NCBI GenBank assembly: GCA_022565155.1
Contig: JADFKB010000001.1
Coordinates: 17,170 to 81,169 of the forward strand
Length of the DNA stretch: 64,000 bases
Reading direction: 5' to 3'
Source: Chloroflexota bacterium
Lineage (GTDB): Bacteria > Chloroflexota > Dehalococcoidia > DSTF01 > RBG-16-68-14
Position 1 is the stretch's first letter, and every line of letters begins with the position of its first letter. A program made the position numbers and the translations under genes. Positions 18,924 through 29,361 of the stretch are shown here, piece after piece. The notes beneath the pieces are model-generated. The model saw nothing but the letters and a program-made list of their open reading frames with translations. It searched no databases and was not told where the DNA came from.

Positions 18924-19862
18924 CTAACCGATCTCCGAGGCTAGTTTCGTGATGTCTACGTGCTGCTGAACCAGCTCGCTTGCGCGGGCGACCTTGCGGC
19001 GGCCGGAGAAGCGCGTGCGGCCGTACAGCTCGTCGACGAGCTCTACTGTGCGCACGGTGTCTTCGGGGGAGAGCAGCACAGTAACGTTCGTATCACCGCC
19101 GCCGAGCCTGTCGAGCAGGTAGGGGCTGGGCTGCTGGCCGCCGGTGAGGATCAGACAGTCCGGCTCCGTCGCCAGAGCCGCCAGGTGCAGGTCCATCTTG
19201 TCGAAGCGGTTGACCACGGCCTTCGCGCCGTGTTGGAGGAAGTACGGTTGGCCGGGGTCTGCGCTGACCGGGCCGAGCATGACGAACTCGACCGCTTCGT
19301 CCTCTTCTCCAGTGTCGACGAGGCGCGAGGCGTGGAGCGTCTGCGCCATCTCGCGCGGCGTCGGCCCGGCCAGCAGTCGATCTTCCGGCAGCACTGCCAG
19401 GCATCGCAGGCCGCGGTCCTCTAGCGCCTTCCGCGCGGCCGACACCATTCTCTCGGCCTGACGCGTAACGATCACGCCCAGCAGCGCATCGCCGAGCGTA
19501 TTAGCTTCAGATGCGAGATCGCCAGCGCGCTGTTCGTCCGCTTGCGCAGCTACGAGAACGACCCGCGCCGATAGCTTCGAGGCCAGCTCTGCCGCCCAGC
19601 GGGCGCTTCGATGATAGTGAGACCGTCTGTGCCAGCGGCCGCCTGTGCGTCCTGCTCCGTGACGGCGCTCCCTGACGAATCGCAGCCCGGTACCAGCGCC
19701 AGCGCCCGCGCGTCGTCCTCGGCCGGCGCGTCCGCCCCGGTCGCGCTGCGGATGCGCAGCAGCCGGACGCTGCGGTCCTTGAGAGAGGCAGGCGGCGAGG
19801 CCGGCCGCCGTGGCGGTGCGCCCTTCGCCGGGCTGGAGCGAGGCGATGATGATCGTCGGCAT
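18924..19862 (-). CDS. BioD-like/DRTGG phosphotransacetylase-family protein with a compensated double frameshift
   Basis: P-loop-like GEGRT, C-terminal DCLILTGG; residues about 28-89 look like real protein only in the alternative frame. Confidence 0.7.
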   Translation of the reverse strand: MPTIIIASLQPGEGRTATAAGLAACLSQGPQRPAAAHPQRDRGGRAGRGRRAGAGAGTGLRFVRERRHGAGRTGGRWHRRSHYHRSARWAAELASKLSARVVLVAAQADEQRAGDLASEANTLGDALLGVIVTRQAERMVSAARKALEDRGLRCLAVLPEDRLLAGPTPREMAQTLHASRLVDTGEEDEAVEFVMLGPVSADPGQPYFLQHGAKAVVNRFDKMDLHLAALATEPDCLILTGGQQPSPYLLDRLGGGDTNVTVLLSPEDTVRTVELVDELYGRTRFSGRRKVARASELVQQHVDITKLASEIG

Positions 19863-19944
19863 CGGCGCCAGTATAGCGAGCCACGTGGGCGCAGTCGACC
19901 GCCGCTTGCCCGCGAGTCTCGGCCGTCGTTAGAATGCCAGCGGT

Positions 19945-20020
19945 GCCGAGGTAGCTCAGTCGGTAGAGCACTGCACTGAAAATGCAGGTGTCGGCAGTTC
20001 GAGTCTGCCCCTCGGCACCA
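19945..20020 (+). tRNA. tRNA-Phe(GAA)
   Basis: GCCGAGG acceptor stem, TGCA-CTGAAAA-TGCA anticodon arm, GTTCGAG T loop, encoded CCA. Confidence 0.97.
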
Positions 20021-20052
20021 GACTCTACACTGTGGTGAAAGAAGGGAGTAAC

Positions 20053-20307
20053 ATGATGGAACGCTTACGGAGTATCTGGAGAGCGCTGAATAGCGAGGAG
20101 GGCCACGCTTTGCCGTTCCTCGGCGTGTTGCCGGCTGCGGCCGGCGCTGTCCTGCTTGGCATCGGCGCGGCAAACGATACCGACTGGATGGCCATAGCCG
20201 GCGGCATCGCGCTGGCGGTCGGGGTGTTCGCGACGCCGATCCTGGCTCACAACAACATCGACTACGCTGTCTACGACCGCCTCAACAAGCTGGAGAAGTC
20301 TGAGTAA
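20053..20307 (+). CDS. Small two-TM hypothetical protein with prepilin-like leader
   Basis: GGGAG RBS; MMERLRSIWRALNSEEG followed by hydrophobic segments. Confidence 0.65.
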   Translation: MMERLRSIWRALNSEEGHALPFLGVLPAAAGAVLLGIGAANDTDWMAIAGGIALAVGVFATPILAHNNIDYAVYDRLNKLEKSE

Positions 20308-20398
20308 CGAGCAGAGCCCAGCGATGCAAGCCACCCGTTGGCCGCCAGGGAGCGCCTTAGAGCGCCTGGCCCCAGGCGGATAGAAAGGAACCCCCACA

Positions 20399-20752
20399 AT
20401 GACGCGGCCGGTCGTCCATTTTGAGATCCACGGCAAGGACGGAGCGAAGCTCCAGGAGTTCTACCGGTCGCTCTTCGGCTGGGAGATCGACGCCAACAAC
20501 CCGATGCAGTACGGCATGGTCACGCCCGGCGTCGGCGGCCCGCCGGAAGGCGTCGGCGGCGGCATCACCAGCTCAGACGCAGCGCCGATGGTGACGATCT
20601 ACGTCCAGGTAGTGAGCCTGGACGAGACGCTGGCTAAGGCGGAGAGCATGGGCGGGAAGACCGTCATGCCGCCGATGGACATCCCGGACGGCCCGACGAT
20701 GGCGCGGTTCTCGGACCCCGAGGGCAACGTCATCGGTCTCGTCAAGCAGTAG
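20399..20752 (+). CDS. VOC/glyoxalase family protein
   Basis: VVHFEI, FYRSLFGW, DPEGNVIGL. Confidence 0.9.
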   Translation: MTRPVVHFEIHGKDGAKLQEFYRSLFGWEIDANNPMQYGMVTPGVGGPPEGVGGGITSSDAAPMVTIYVQVVSLDETLAKAESMGGKTVMPPMDIPDGPTMARFSDPEGNVIGLVKQ

Positions 20753-20763
20753 CGCTGACGCCG

Positions 20764-21954
20764 CTACGCCGGCGCGTCCGCGAAGCGCGGCAGCACCTTC
20801 GTGGCGAAGAGTTCCAACGAGCGCATGATCTTGTCGTGCGGCGTCAGGCCGATGTACGTCCAGGCGAAGAGCCAGCGCACCGGCGTCTGCTCCAATAGCG
20901 CTTCCATCTGGCGGCTGACGCTATCCGGCGTCCCGACGAGCAGCATGCCGAGCTCCATCATCTCCTGCGGCGTGAACCGCTCGCGGCCCGGCTCCGTCAA
21001 CCCGCGATCGAAGCCGAACGGAGCGAACCAGGCCGCGCCGCAGAACGCGCCCGAGTTGCCCCACAGCGCCAGCGCCTCCTCATCGCTGTCGGCGACGACG
21101 ACGTCACGCAGAACGCCCAGTCCTTCGCCGGGAGCGAGGCTGCGGCCGGCCTTCGTCGCCTCGTCGTGGTAGACCTCGTAGAGCTGGTTCTGGAGCGATG
21201 GGTAGAGCGGCGGCAGAATCGCCGTTACCCCCTCGCGCGCGCACCAGCGGATCGTGTCCTCGCTCGATGCGAATGGCTGGAAGATGGGCGGGTGCGGCTT
21301 CTGCAACGGCTTGGGGACGACGCCGATCTGCCGGACGATGTTCGATTCATCGACGCCGGCGCCCCACTGCTTCGTCGCATCGATGTCCCAGGGCGTGCCG
21401 TCGGGCGGGATCTGCCAGAACTTGCCGTGATAGTCCATCATCCCGTCGCTCCAGGCGCGCTTGATGATCTGGAAGTGCTCCTCGAACGCCTGGCGGTTCG
21501 CCTGGTCGATCTCGTCGTGCTCGTACGGCGTCGCGCCGTGGATGCCGTGGAGCTGCTGCGCCATCACGTCCACCCAGCGGCGCTGGTAGCCGCGCGCGAA
21601 GCCGGCGTTGGCGCGGCCGCCGCTCATGTGGTCCAGCATGGCGATATCCTCCGCCACCCGCAGCGGGTTCTGTGAGGGAAGCACGATGCCGAGCTGGCCG
21701 ACGCGGATGCGCTTGGTCTGGAGCGCGACGAAGAGATCGAGCAGAACCGGGTTGTTGGATATCTCAAAGCCTTCGATGTGGAAGTGATGCTCGGTAAACG
21801 AGATCGAGTCGTAGCCGAGCTCGTCGGCGAGCTGCGCCTGCTCCCGCAGTTCTTCTAGCATCTGTTGGTAGAGTTCGGGGCGCAGGCCCGCCATGCCCTT
21901 CTCGATCTCGCCTCGTGACCCGATCGAGGGCAGGTAGAACACGCTCACTTGCAT
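20764..21954 (-). CDS. LLM-class (luciferase-like) flavin-dependent oxidoreductase
   Basis: FTEHHF, PLRVAEDIAMLDHMSGGR, PKPLQKPHPP, VGTPD; ATG at 21954 after GGAGGAGG. Confidence 0.9.
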   Translation of the reverse strand: MQVSVFYLPSIGSRGEIEKGMAGLRPELYQQMLEELREQAQLADELGYDSISFTEHHFHIEGFEISNNPVLLDLFVALQTKRIRVGQLGIVLPSQNPLRVAEDIAMLDHMSGGRANAGFARGYQRRWVDVMAQQLHGIHGATPYEHDEIDQANRQAFEEHFQIIKRAWSDGMMDYHGKFWQIPPDGTPWDIDATKQWGAGVDESNIVRQIGVVPKPLQKPHPPIFQPFASSEDTIRWCAREGVTAILPPLYPSLQNQLYEVYHDEATKAGRSLAPGEGLGVLRDVVVADSDEEALALWGNSGAFCGAAWFAPFGFDRGLTEPGRERFTPQEMMELGMLLVGTPDSVSRQMEALLEQTPVRWLFAWTYIGLTPHDKIMRSLELFATKVLPRFADAPA

Positions 21955-22040
21955 CCGATGCCTCCTCCAGCTTGCTTCGTCACCCGCCACAGGGTATGTA
22001 GACAGCAGCGAGACGTCAAGCCTAGAAGGGAAACCCCGAA

Positions 22041-22754
22041 ATGAGACTGAAGGACAAGGTGGCCCTGATCACCGGCGGCGGTTCCGGCATTGGCCGGGCG
22101 ATCGCGCGCGAGTTCGCCGGCGAAGGCGCGAAGCTGCTGATCGCGGAGCTGGACGAGTCGTCCGGCCAGGCCGTCGCGGACGAGATCGGCGAGGCGGCGC
22201 GCTTCCAGCGCTGCGATACGTCGCAGGAATCGGACGTGGAGGCCGCGATCGCCGCCACTATCGATGCGTTCGGGCAGCTGGACATCATGGTGAACAACGC
22301 CGGCGTCGCGCGGCAGGACTGGGACACGACGCTGGCAGTCAACCTCTCGGGCGTCTACTACGGCTGCAAGCACGCCGCAGAGCGCATGGCCGCGCACGGC
22401 GGCGGCTCGATCATCAACCTGTCATCGATACTTGGGCTGGTCGGCATCGGCGGTGAAGACCCCTACGTGGCGGCGAAGCACGGCGTCGTCGGGCTGACGC
22501 GCAACTTCGCCATCGCCTTCGGCGGCCGGGGCGTACGCGTGAACTGCATCAACCCCGGCTGGATCGAGACACCGATGACGGATCCGATTCGTGAATCCGA
22601 GTCGATTCAGCAGCAGGTCGTGACGCAGACGCCGTTAGGCCGCTTCGGCACGCCGGAGGAGGTGGCGAAGGTCGCCCTCTTCCTCGCGTCGGACGAGTCG
22701 TCGTTCGTCACGGGCGCGCCGCTCATCGTCGATGGCGGCTGGACTGCGCATTAG
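22041..22754 (+). CDS. SDR family oxidoreductase
   Basis: [17 protein letters not shown]. Confidence 0.9.
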   Translation: MRLKDKVALITGGGSGIGRAIAREFAGEGAKLLIAELDESSGQAVADEIGEAARFQRCDTSQESDVEAAIAATIDAFGQLDIMVNNAGVARQDWDTTLAVNLSGVYYGCKHAAERMAAHGGGSIINLSSILGLVGIGGEDPYVAAKHGVVGLTRNFAIAFGGRGVRVNCINPGWIETPMTDPIRESESIQQQVVTQTPLGRFGTPEEVAKVALFLASDESSFVTGAPLIVDGGWTAH

Positions 22755-22772
22755 GGGGCAACGTCGAAGACA

Positions 22773-22807
22773 GACGCGCCCTTCCTGTGAATGAGGAAGG
22801 GCGCGTC
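22773..22807. terminator. Hairpin between the convergent SDR gene and tRNA-Thr
   Basis: GACGCGCCCTTCCT-7 nt-AGGAAGGGCGCGTC. Confidence 0.75.
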
Positions 22808-22818
22808 GTATCGTTATC

Positions 22819-22893
22819 TGGAGCCAGCGAAGAGACTCGAACTCTTGACCTGTCGATTACGAATCGACTGCTCTACCACTGAGCTACGCTGGC
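22819..22893 (-). tRNA. tRNA-Thr(CGT)
   Basis: Revcomp GCCAGCGTAGCTCAGTGGTAGAGCAGTCGATTCGTAATCGAC...GTTCGAG...CGCTGGCTCCA. Confidence 0.96.
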
Positions 22894-22980
22894 TAGGCTA
22901 CGGTCAGTCTAGCGACTGCGCGTTCCGGCGACAACGGCCGTTGGGGCTACAGCGTTACTAGTCGGCGCTGACCGGCGTGT
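22890..22980. repeat. 91-bp direct repeat, copy 1 (tRNA-Thr upstream region plus last codons of the GYD gene)
   Basis: Aligns to 24725-24815 with 4 mismatches. Confidence 0.93.
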
Positions 22981-23364
22981 GAGGGTGCCAATGTGGGCGT
23001 TTGGCTTACCTCTAACTCATGGGAGAAGGGTAAATAGAGAAGAGAAGGAATAGTGCAAAACCGCCATTTTTACCACCTTGCTTGGATCTCCGCAGGCCTG
23101 CCTGTCTGCGACGAAGGAGTACTTGGGTTCGCGTACTTAGTTGGGCAACTGCGCAGATGGGGGACTGTCCGGTGACGCTCTCTGCACCTAGGAAGTATAT
23201 CGCCCGCGCACGACTTTCAAATTATTCAACAACCGCCTATCGGACCTGGTGGGGGTCGCCCCGGATTAGCTCGACATTGCCAGGCAGGACGGCAGATGCT
23301 GCGGATGATGTAAGATGACTCCACTCACGAGGTATCAGGCGCACCATCTCGGCAACGTATCTGC

Positions 23365-23439
23365 ATGAACAATAAGGAACTCACCGAACGCGACATCTGC
23401 AATAAGTTCATCACGCCCGCTGCCAGGCGGCCGGGCTGG
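23365..23439 (+). pseudogene. hsdR: N-terminal remnant of a type I restriction subunit R
   Basis: MNNKELTERDICNKFITPAARRPGW resembles the EcoAI-type HsdR start as recalled; frame stops at 23499. Confidence 0.7.
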
Positions 23440-23482
23440 CACAGTCCTGCCATCGGGAGTAGAATCGAAGGAAGCGGGTCCA

Positions 23483-24718
<1,236 letters not shown>

Positions 24719-24724
24719 CTCACT

Positions 24725-24815
24725 TGGCTAGGCTACGGTCAGTCTAGCGACTGCGCGTTCCGGCGACAACGGCCGTTCGGGCCACAGCGCTACTAGTCGG
24801 CGCTGGCCGGCGTGT
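24725..24815. repeat. 91-bp direct repeat, copy 2
   Basis: Matches 22890-22980; contains the GYD gene stop codon. Confidence 0.93.
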
Positions 24816-25122
24816 AGCCGGAGCGCTTCGCCTGACGCATCGCCCGCATCCCTTCCCGAATGGTCATCAGCGGCGTCGTCCTGATCGACTTCACGGAGCC
24901 GCCGGCGGACACGGCGAGCGAGAACGCCGCCGCACTCACGTTGTCCGGCATGTTGGCGATCGCGACGATATCGTAATCGCCGAACGCGAAGTACGCCGAT
25001 TCAATCTTGCCGCCCAGCTTTCGCACGGCGGGCCGGATCGCTTCGATCCTGTCTTGCGGCTTCTTCACCAATTCGGCCCACGCTTCTGGTGTATAGGCGA
25101 CCTCGTACAAGTATCGTGGCAT
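24793..25122 (-). CDS. GYD-domain protein
   Basis: YFAFGDYDIV motif, about 109 aa, GGAGG RBS. Confidence 0.85.
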   Translation of the reverse strand: MPRYLYEVAYTPEAWAELVKKPQDRIEAIRPAVRKLGGKIESAYFAFGDYDIVAIANMPDNVSAAAFSLAVSAGGSVKSIRTTPLMTIREGMRAMRQAKRSGYTPASAD

Positions 25123-25243
25123 TGTGACCTCCTGCCTTCATGCTCCACTCCGGGGGTTGTTCATCGCCACAAGAATACCCGTCTTTCCGCGATTTTACCA
25201 GCCCGTCACTAGCGACAGGTATCGCTTGCTATACTGCGTAGCC

Positions 25244-25912
25244 ATGAACGAGCTGTTGTTCGTCGATGCAACGGAAGAGTTGCAGGCGCTCGCTACTGAG
25301 CTGGAGCGGGCGGGTTTCCACATCCGCAGCTGTCCTCTCGACGAGGCAGCGGAGCAGATCTCCGGCGGGGAGCAGGTAGATGCGCTGCTGATCAACCTGA
25401 CGGCGGAACCAGCAGACGCGGCCATTCGCGAACTGCTCCACGCCGGACGCCTGCCGCCGCACACTGCCACAGTCGCCATCCTCGGCATTGAGCAGCTGCG
25501 CGGGCCGGAGGCCGAGCTGCCGATCGATGAACTGATCGTCTTCCCGGCGCCAGCGGAGGAGGCGATCGCGCGTATTCGGCGGGCGATACGCCGCCGGGCC
25601 GGGCCGGAGAGCGCCCACGTCCTGCGCTGCGGCGACCTGACGATCGACCAGGCGAGTTACAGAGTGTTCGTCGCAGGCCGGCCGGTCGATCTGACGTACA
25701 AGGAGTACGAGCTGCTGAAGTTCCTGGCGCAGAATCAGGACAAGGTCTGCACCCGCGAGATGCTGCTCAGCCGCGTCTGGGGCTACGACTTCTACGGCGG
25801 CGGCCGCACCGTGGATGTCCACATCCGACGGCTGCGCAGCAAGATCGAAGACCGCGGCCACACCTTCATCCAGACCGTGCGCAACGTCGGCTACCGCATC
25901 CACGCCGGATAA
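25244..25912 (+). CDS. glnR: OmpR-family regulator of actinobacterial GlnR type
   Basis: Degenerate receiver; wHTH DLTYKEYELLKFL...VWGYDFYGGGRTVDVHIRRLR; directly upstream of amtB-glnK-glnA. Confidence 0.78.
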   Translation: MNELLFVDATEELQALATELERAGFHIRSCPLDEAAEQISGGEQVDALLINLTAEPADAAIRELLHAGRLPPHTATVAILGIEQLRGPEAELPIDELIVFPAPAEEAIARIRRAIRRRAGPESAHVLRCGDLTIDQASYRVFVAGRPVDLTYKEYELLKFLAQNQDKVCTREMLLSRVWGYDFYGGGRTVDVHIRRLRSKIEDRGHTFIQTVRNVGYRIHAG

Positions 25913-25961
25913 CACGCCGCCTACACACAGACGAAACTGCCCCCTCCTATTTGTGAAGTCT

Positions 25962-25999
25962 GTAACGTAATCGTAACATGCGCGAAACATCGTAGAAAC
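25962..25999 (+). promoter_or_regulatory. GlnR box array upstream of amtB
   Basis: GTAAC-n6-GTAAC-n6-GAAAC-n6-GAAAC. Confidence 0.8.
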
Positions 26000-26066
26000 C
26001 TCTATCCAGCAGACTGCGAATAACGGGGTGAGCGCGCGTGCGCTGGAGTTGGAGGAGGTCTCTACG

Positions 26067-27323
26067 ATGATCGATACCGGCGATACTGCGTGGATGTTGG
26101 TATCCACGGCACTTGTCATGTTCATGACACCGGGCCTTGCATTCTTCTATGCGGGCCTGGTGCGCAGCAAGAACGTGCTCTCGACGATGATGCACAGCTT
26201 CATCGTCATCGGCTTGGTCTCTGTGCTTTGGGTCATTGTCGGCTACTCGCTGGCCTTCGGTTCGGACTGGTTTGGGGGCTTAGTCGGCAATCCGGCGGAC
26301 TACTTCGGCATGAAGGACGTGGGGCAAGAGCCGGGGCCGTACGCGCCCACCATCCCGCACATGCTATTCATGGTCTTCCAGATGACGTTCGCGATTATCA
26401 CGCCGGCGCTGATCACGGGCGCGTTCGCGGAGCGGGCGAAGTTCGGCCCCTTCCTCGTCTTCATGGCCCTGTGGTCGCTCCTCGTCTACGCACCGATCGC
26501 CCACTGGGTCTGGGGCGACGGCGGCTGGCTGCAGGACCTCTGGGGCGGAGTCGCGCTCGACTTTGCCGGCGGCACTGTTGTGCATATCAACGCTGGTGCC
26601 GCAGCGCTCGTCGCCGCGATCCTGTACGGCAGGCGCAGGGGCTACGGTACAGAGCCGATGCAACCGCACAACATTCCGTTTGTCTTGCTGGGAGCGGCGA
26701 TCCTCTGGTTCGGCTGGTTTGGCTTCAACGCCGGTAGCGCGCTGGCTGCAGGGGACCCTGGGGGTGATTTCCCAAGCATCGCCACGAACGCCTTCGTTGT
26801 TACGTTCGTCGCGACGGCCGCCGCCATGGTGACCTGGGCCTTGCTGAGTTGGGCGCTGGCAGGCAAGCCGAGCCCCGTCGGCGTGGCCGCGGGCGTGGTC
26901 GCCGGACTCGTCGCCATCACACCCGCCGCCGGCTTCGTCGACGTGATGCCGGCGCTCGCGATTGGCGTCGGCGCCGGTCTATTCTGCTACGGCGCGGTGC
27001 AGTTCCGCATCAAGATGCGGCTAGACGACTCGCTCGATGTCGTCGGCGTGCACGGCGTCGGCGGCGCCTGGGGCGCCTTCGCGACCGGCATCTTCGCGGT
27101 CGCCACCGTCAGCGGCGCCTCCGGGCTGATCGACGACAACGCCGGCCAGCTCGCCCGGCAGTTGACGGGGATCGGCTCAACCATGGCCTACTCCTTCATC
27201 GTCACCTTCCTTATCTTGAAGGTGCTGGACCTGACGGTCGGCCTGCGGGTTACTGAGGATGCGGAACAAGTCGGCGTCGACACCTCCGAGCACGGAGAGC
27301 GTGGCTACGTCTTCGATGTGTAG
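26067..27323 (+). CDS. amtB: Ammonium transporter
   Basis: GDTAW, DFAGGTVVH, WFGWFGFNAGS, DDSLDV; ATG at 26067 after GGAGGAGG. Confidence 0.96.
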   Translation: MIDTGDTAWMLVSTALVMFMTPGLAFFYAGLVRSKNVLSTMMHSFIVIGLVSVLWVIVGYSLAFGSDWFGGLVGNPADYFGMKDVGQEPGPYAPTIPHMLFMVFQMTFAIITPALITGAFAERAKFGPFLVFMALWSLLVYAPIAHWVWGDGGWLQDLWGGVALDFAGGTVVHINAGAAALVAAILYGRRRGYGTEPMQPHNIPFVLLGAAILWFGWFGFNAGSALAAGDPGGDFPSIATNAFVVTFVATAAAMVTWALLSWALAGKPSPVGVAAGVVAGLVAITPAAGFVDVMPALAIGVGAGLFCYGAVQFRIKMRLDDSLDVVGVHGVGGAWGAFATGIFAVATVSGASGLIDDNAGQLARQLTGIGSTMAYSFIVTFLILKVLDLTVGLRVTEDAEQVGVDTSEHGERGYVFDV

Positions 27324-27416
27324 CTCGGAGCCGAAGGCTCGCATGAGAACGAACGGATCGCCCATCGCTGCCGGCGCGTTCACACCGGCTGACGTGGCTA
27401 GCAAGAGAGGAATCTG

Positions 27417-27758
27417 ATGAAGAAGATCGAAGCGATCATCCGGCCAGAGAAGCTGGACGCGGTGAAGAGCGATCTGGAAGCCGCCGGCTTCCTGGGCCTG
27501 AACATCGTCCACGTGACCGGCCGAGGCGTGCAGAAAGGCATCGTCCACACCGGCCGCGGCGGTGAGACCTACGCGGTAGACATGCTGCCGAAGCTGAAGA
27601 TCGAAGTCGTCGCCAAAGACGCCGATGCGCAGAAGGTGGTCGAAACGATCATCAATGCTGCCAAGACCGGCAACATCGGCGATGGCAAGATCTTCGTGAC
27701 GGCAGTGGAAGAAGCGATCCGGGTGCGCACCGGTGAGCGAGGAGAGGACGTCGTCTAA
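27417..27758 (+). CDS. glnK: PII nitrogen regulatory protein
   Basis: MKKIEAIIRP, TGNIGDGKIFV, RVRTGERG. Confidence 0.93.
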   Translation: MKKIEAIIRPEKLDAVKSDLEAAGFLGLNIVHVTGRGVQKGIVHTGRGGETYAVDMLPKLKIEVVAKDADAQKVVETIINAAKTGNIGDGKIFVTAVEEAIRVRTGERGEDVV

Positions 27759-27791
27759 CGACGGCGCCACAGTGAGTGAGGAGGGCCGGTT

Positions 27792-29222
27792 GTGACACCG
27801 GAGGAAATCGCCACGTTTATCAAAGAGAACGATATCAAGATGGTCGACCTGAAGTTCAACGACCTGCCGGGCCTCTGGCAGCACTTCTCCCTACCCGTGT
27901 CTGAAGTCGTCGGAGACGACGGCAAGCCGACGAGCATGTGGGAGGAGGGTGTCGGGTTCGACGGCTCCAGCATCCGCGGGTTCCAGAAAATCCAAGAGAG
28001 CGACATGATCTTGATCCTGGATCCTGACACCGCGGTCCTCGATCCGATGCTGAGGGTACCTACGCTCAGCGTAATCTGCGATATCCTCGACCCGCTGACG
28101 CGGACACCCTACACTCGCGATCCTCGCTACATCGCGAAGAAGGCTGAAACGTATCTAAAGTCGACCGGTATCGCGGACACCAGCTACTGGGGCCCTGAAG
28201 CGGAGTTCTTCATCTTCGACGACGTCCGATTCGATCAGACGGAAAACTCCGGCTACTACTACATCGACTCCGTGGAAGGCGCATGGAACAGCGGCCGGGA
28301 GGAGAACCCCAACCTGGGATACAAGCCGCGATTCAAGGAAGGCTACTTCCCTACCCCCCCTCACGACTCGCTTCAAGACCTGCGTACCGACATCGTGCTG
28401 GAGATGGCCAAGGTCGGCATCCCGATCGAGGTGCACCACCACGAAGTCGCGACGGCCGGCCAGTGCGAGATCACGATGCGCTACGACGAGCTGCTGAAGG
28501 TGACAGACCGGTTGATGTGGTACCGCTACATCGTCAAGAACGTCTCTCGCCAGAACAACAAGGTGGCGACGTTCATGCCCAAGCCGCTCTTCGGCGACAA
28601 CGGCTCCGGTATGCACACGCATCAGAGCCTCTGGAAGGACGGCACCAACCTCTTCTTCGATAAGGACGGGTACGCCCTTACCAGCGAGACAGCTCGTTTC
28701 TATACCGGCGGCCTGCTGAAGCACGGCCGCTCGCTAATGGCACTCTGCGCGCCGACGACGAACTCCTACAAGCGCCTCGTCCCCGGCTTCGAAGCGCCGG
28801 TAAACTTGGTCTACTCCGCCCGAAACCGCAGCGCCGCCGTCCGCATCCCCGTCTACACAGACAACCCCAACAGCAAGCGGCTGGAGTTCCGTCCTCCGGA
28901 CAGCACCTGCAACCCGTACCTGGCGTTCTCCGCGATGCTCATGGCCGGCCTGGACGGGATCCAGAACAAGATCGACCCAGGCGAGCCGCTCGACCGGAAC
29001 ACCTACGAGCTGTCCGCTGAAGAGGAGGCGCAGCTTCGCACTGTGCCGGGCTCGCTGGAAGAGGCATTGGACGAGCTGGAAGCGGACCACGACTACCTGC
29101 TCAAGGGAGATGTCTTCACCCAGGACGTGCTGGACGTCTGGATCGAGTTCAAGCGCCAGCAGATCGACGAACTTCGTCTGCGGCCGCATCCTTACGAGTT
29201 CTACCTCTACTTTGATATCTAA
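27792..29222 (+). CDS. glnA: Glutamine synthetase type I (GSI-beta)
   Basis: [24 protein letters not shown]; adenylylation-site Tyr in DRNTYEL. Confidence 0.96.
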   Translation: MTPEEIATFIKENDIKMVDLKFNDLPGLWQHFSLPVSEVVGDDGKPTSMWEEGVGFDGSSIRGFQKIQESDMILILDPDTAVLDPMLRVPTLSVICDILDPLTRTPYTRDPRYIAKKAETYLKSTGIADTSYWGPEAEFFIFDDVRFDQTENSGYYYIDSVEGAWNSGREENPNLGYKPRFKEGYFPTPPHDSLQDLRTDIVLEMAKVGIPIEVHHHEVATAGQCEITMRYDELLKVTDRLMWYRYIVKNVSRQNNKVATFMPKPLFGDNGSGMHTHQSLWKDGTNLFFDKDGYALTSETARFYTGGLLKHGRSLMALCAPTTNSYKRLVPGFEAPVNLVYSARNRSAAVRIPVYTDNPNSKRLEFRPPDSTCNPYLAFSAMLMAGLDGIQNKIDPGEPLDRNTYELSAEEEAQLRTVPGSLEEALDELEADHDYLLKGDVFTQDVLDVWIEFKRQQIDELRLRPHPYEFYLYFDI

Positions 29223-29242
29223 CCGATCGTAGCCCGATCTCA

Positions 29243-29274
29243 GCAGCAGAGCCGCCTAATGGCGGCTCTGCTGC
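29243..29274 (+). terminator. Hairpin after the first glnA
   Basis: GCAGCAGAGCCGCC-TAAT-GGCGGCTCTGCTGC. Confidence 0.7.
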
Positions 29275-29283
29275 CGTATAGAT

Positions 29284-29321
29284 GTAACCGTGTTGTAACA
29301 ACCCAGACAGTCCGAAGTAAC
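29284..29321 (+). promoter_or_regulatory. GlnR box array upstream of the second glnA
   Basis: GTAAC-n6-GTAAC-n6-GACAG-n6-GTAAC, then TATACT at 29332. Confidence 0.72.
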
Positions 29322-29361
29322 ATCACGCTTCTATACTTAAGTAGAGTGAAAGGAGACGGCC

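Noticed and set aside
19945-22754. Island integrated at the tRNA-Phe 3' end
   Set aside because: No second copy of the tRNA-Phe 3' end was noticed and the downstream genes have host-like composition
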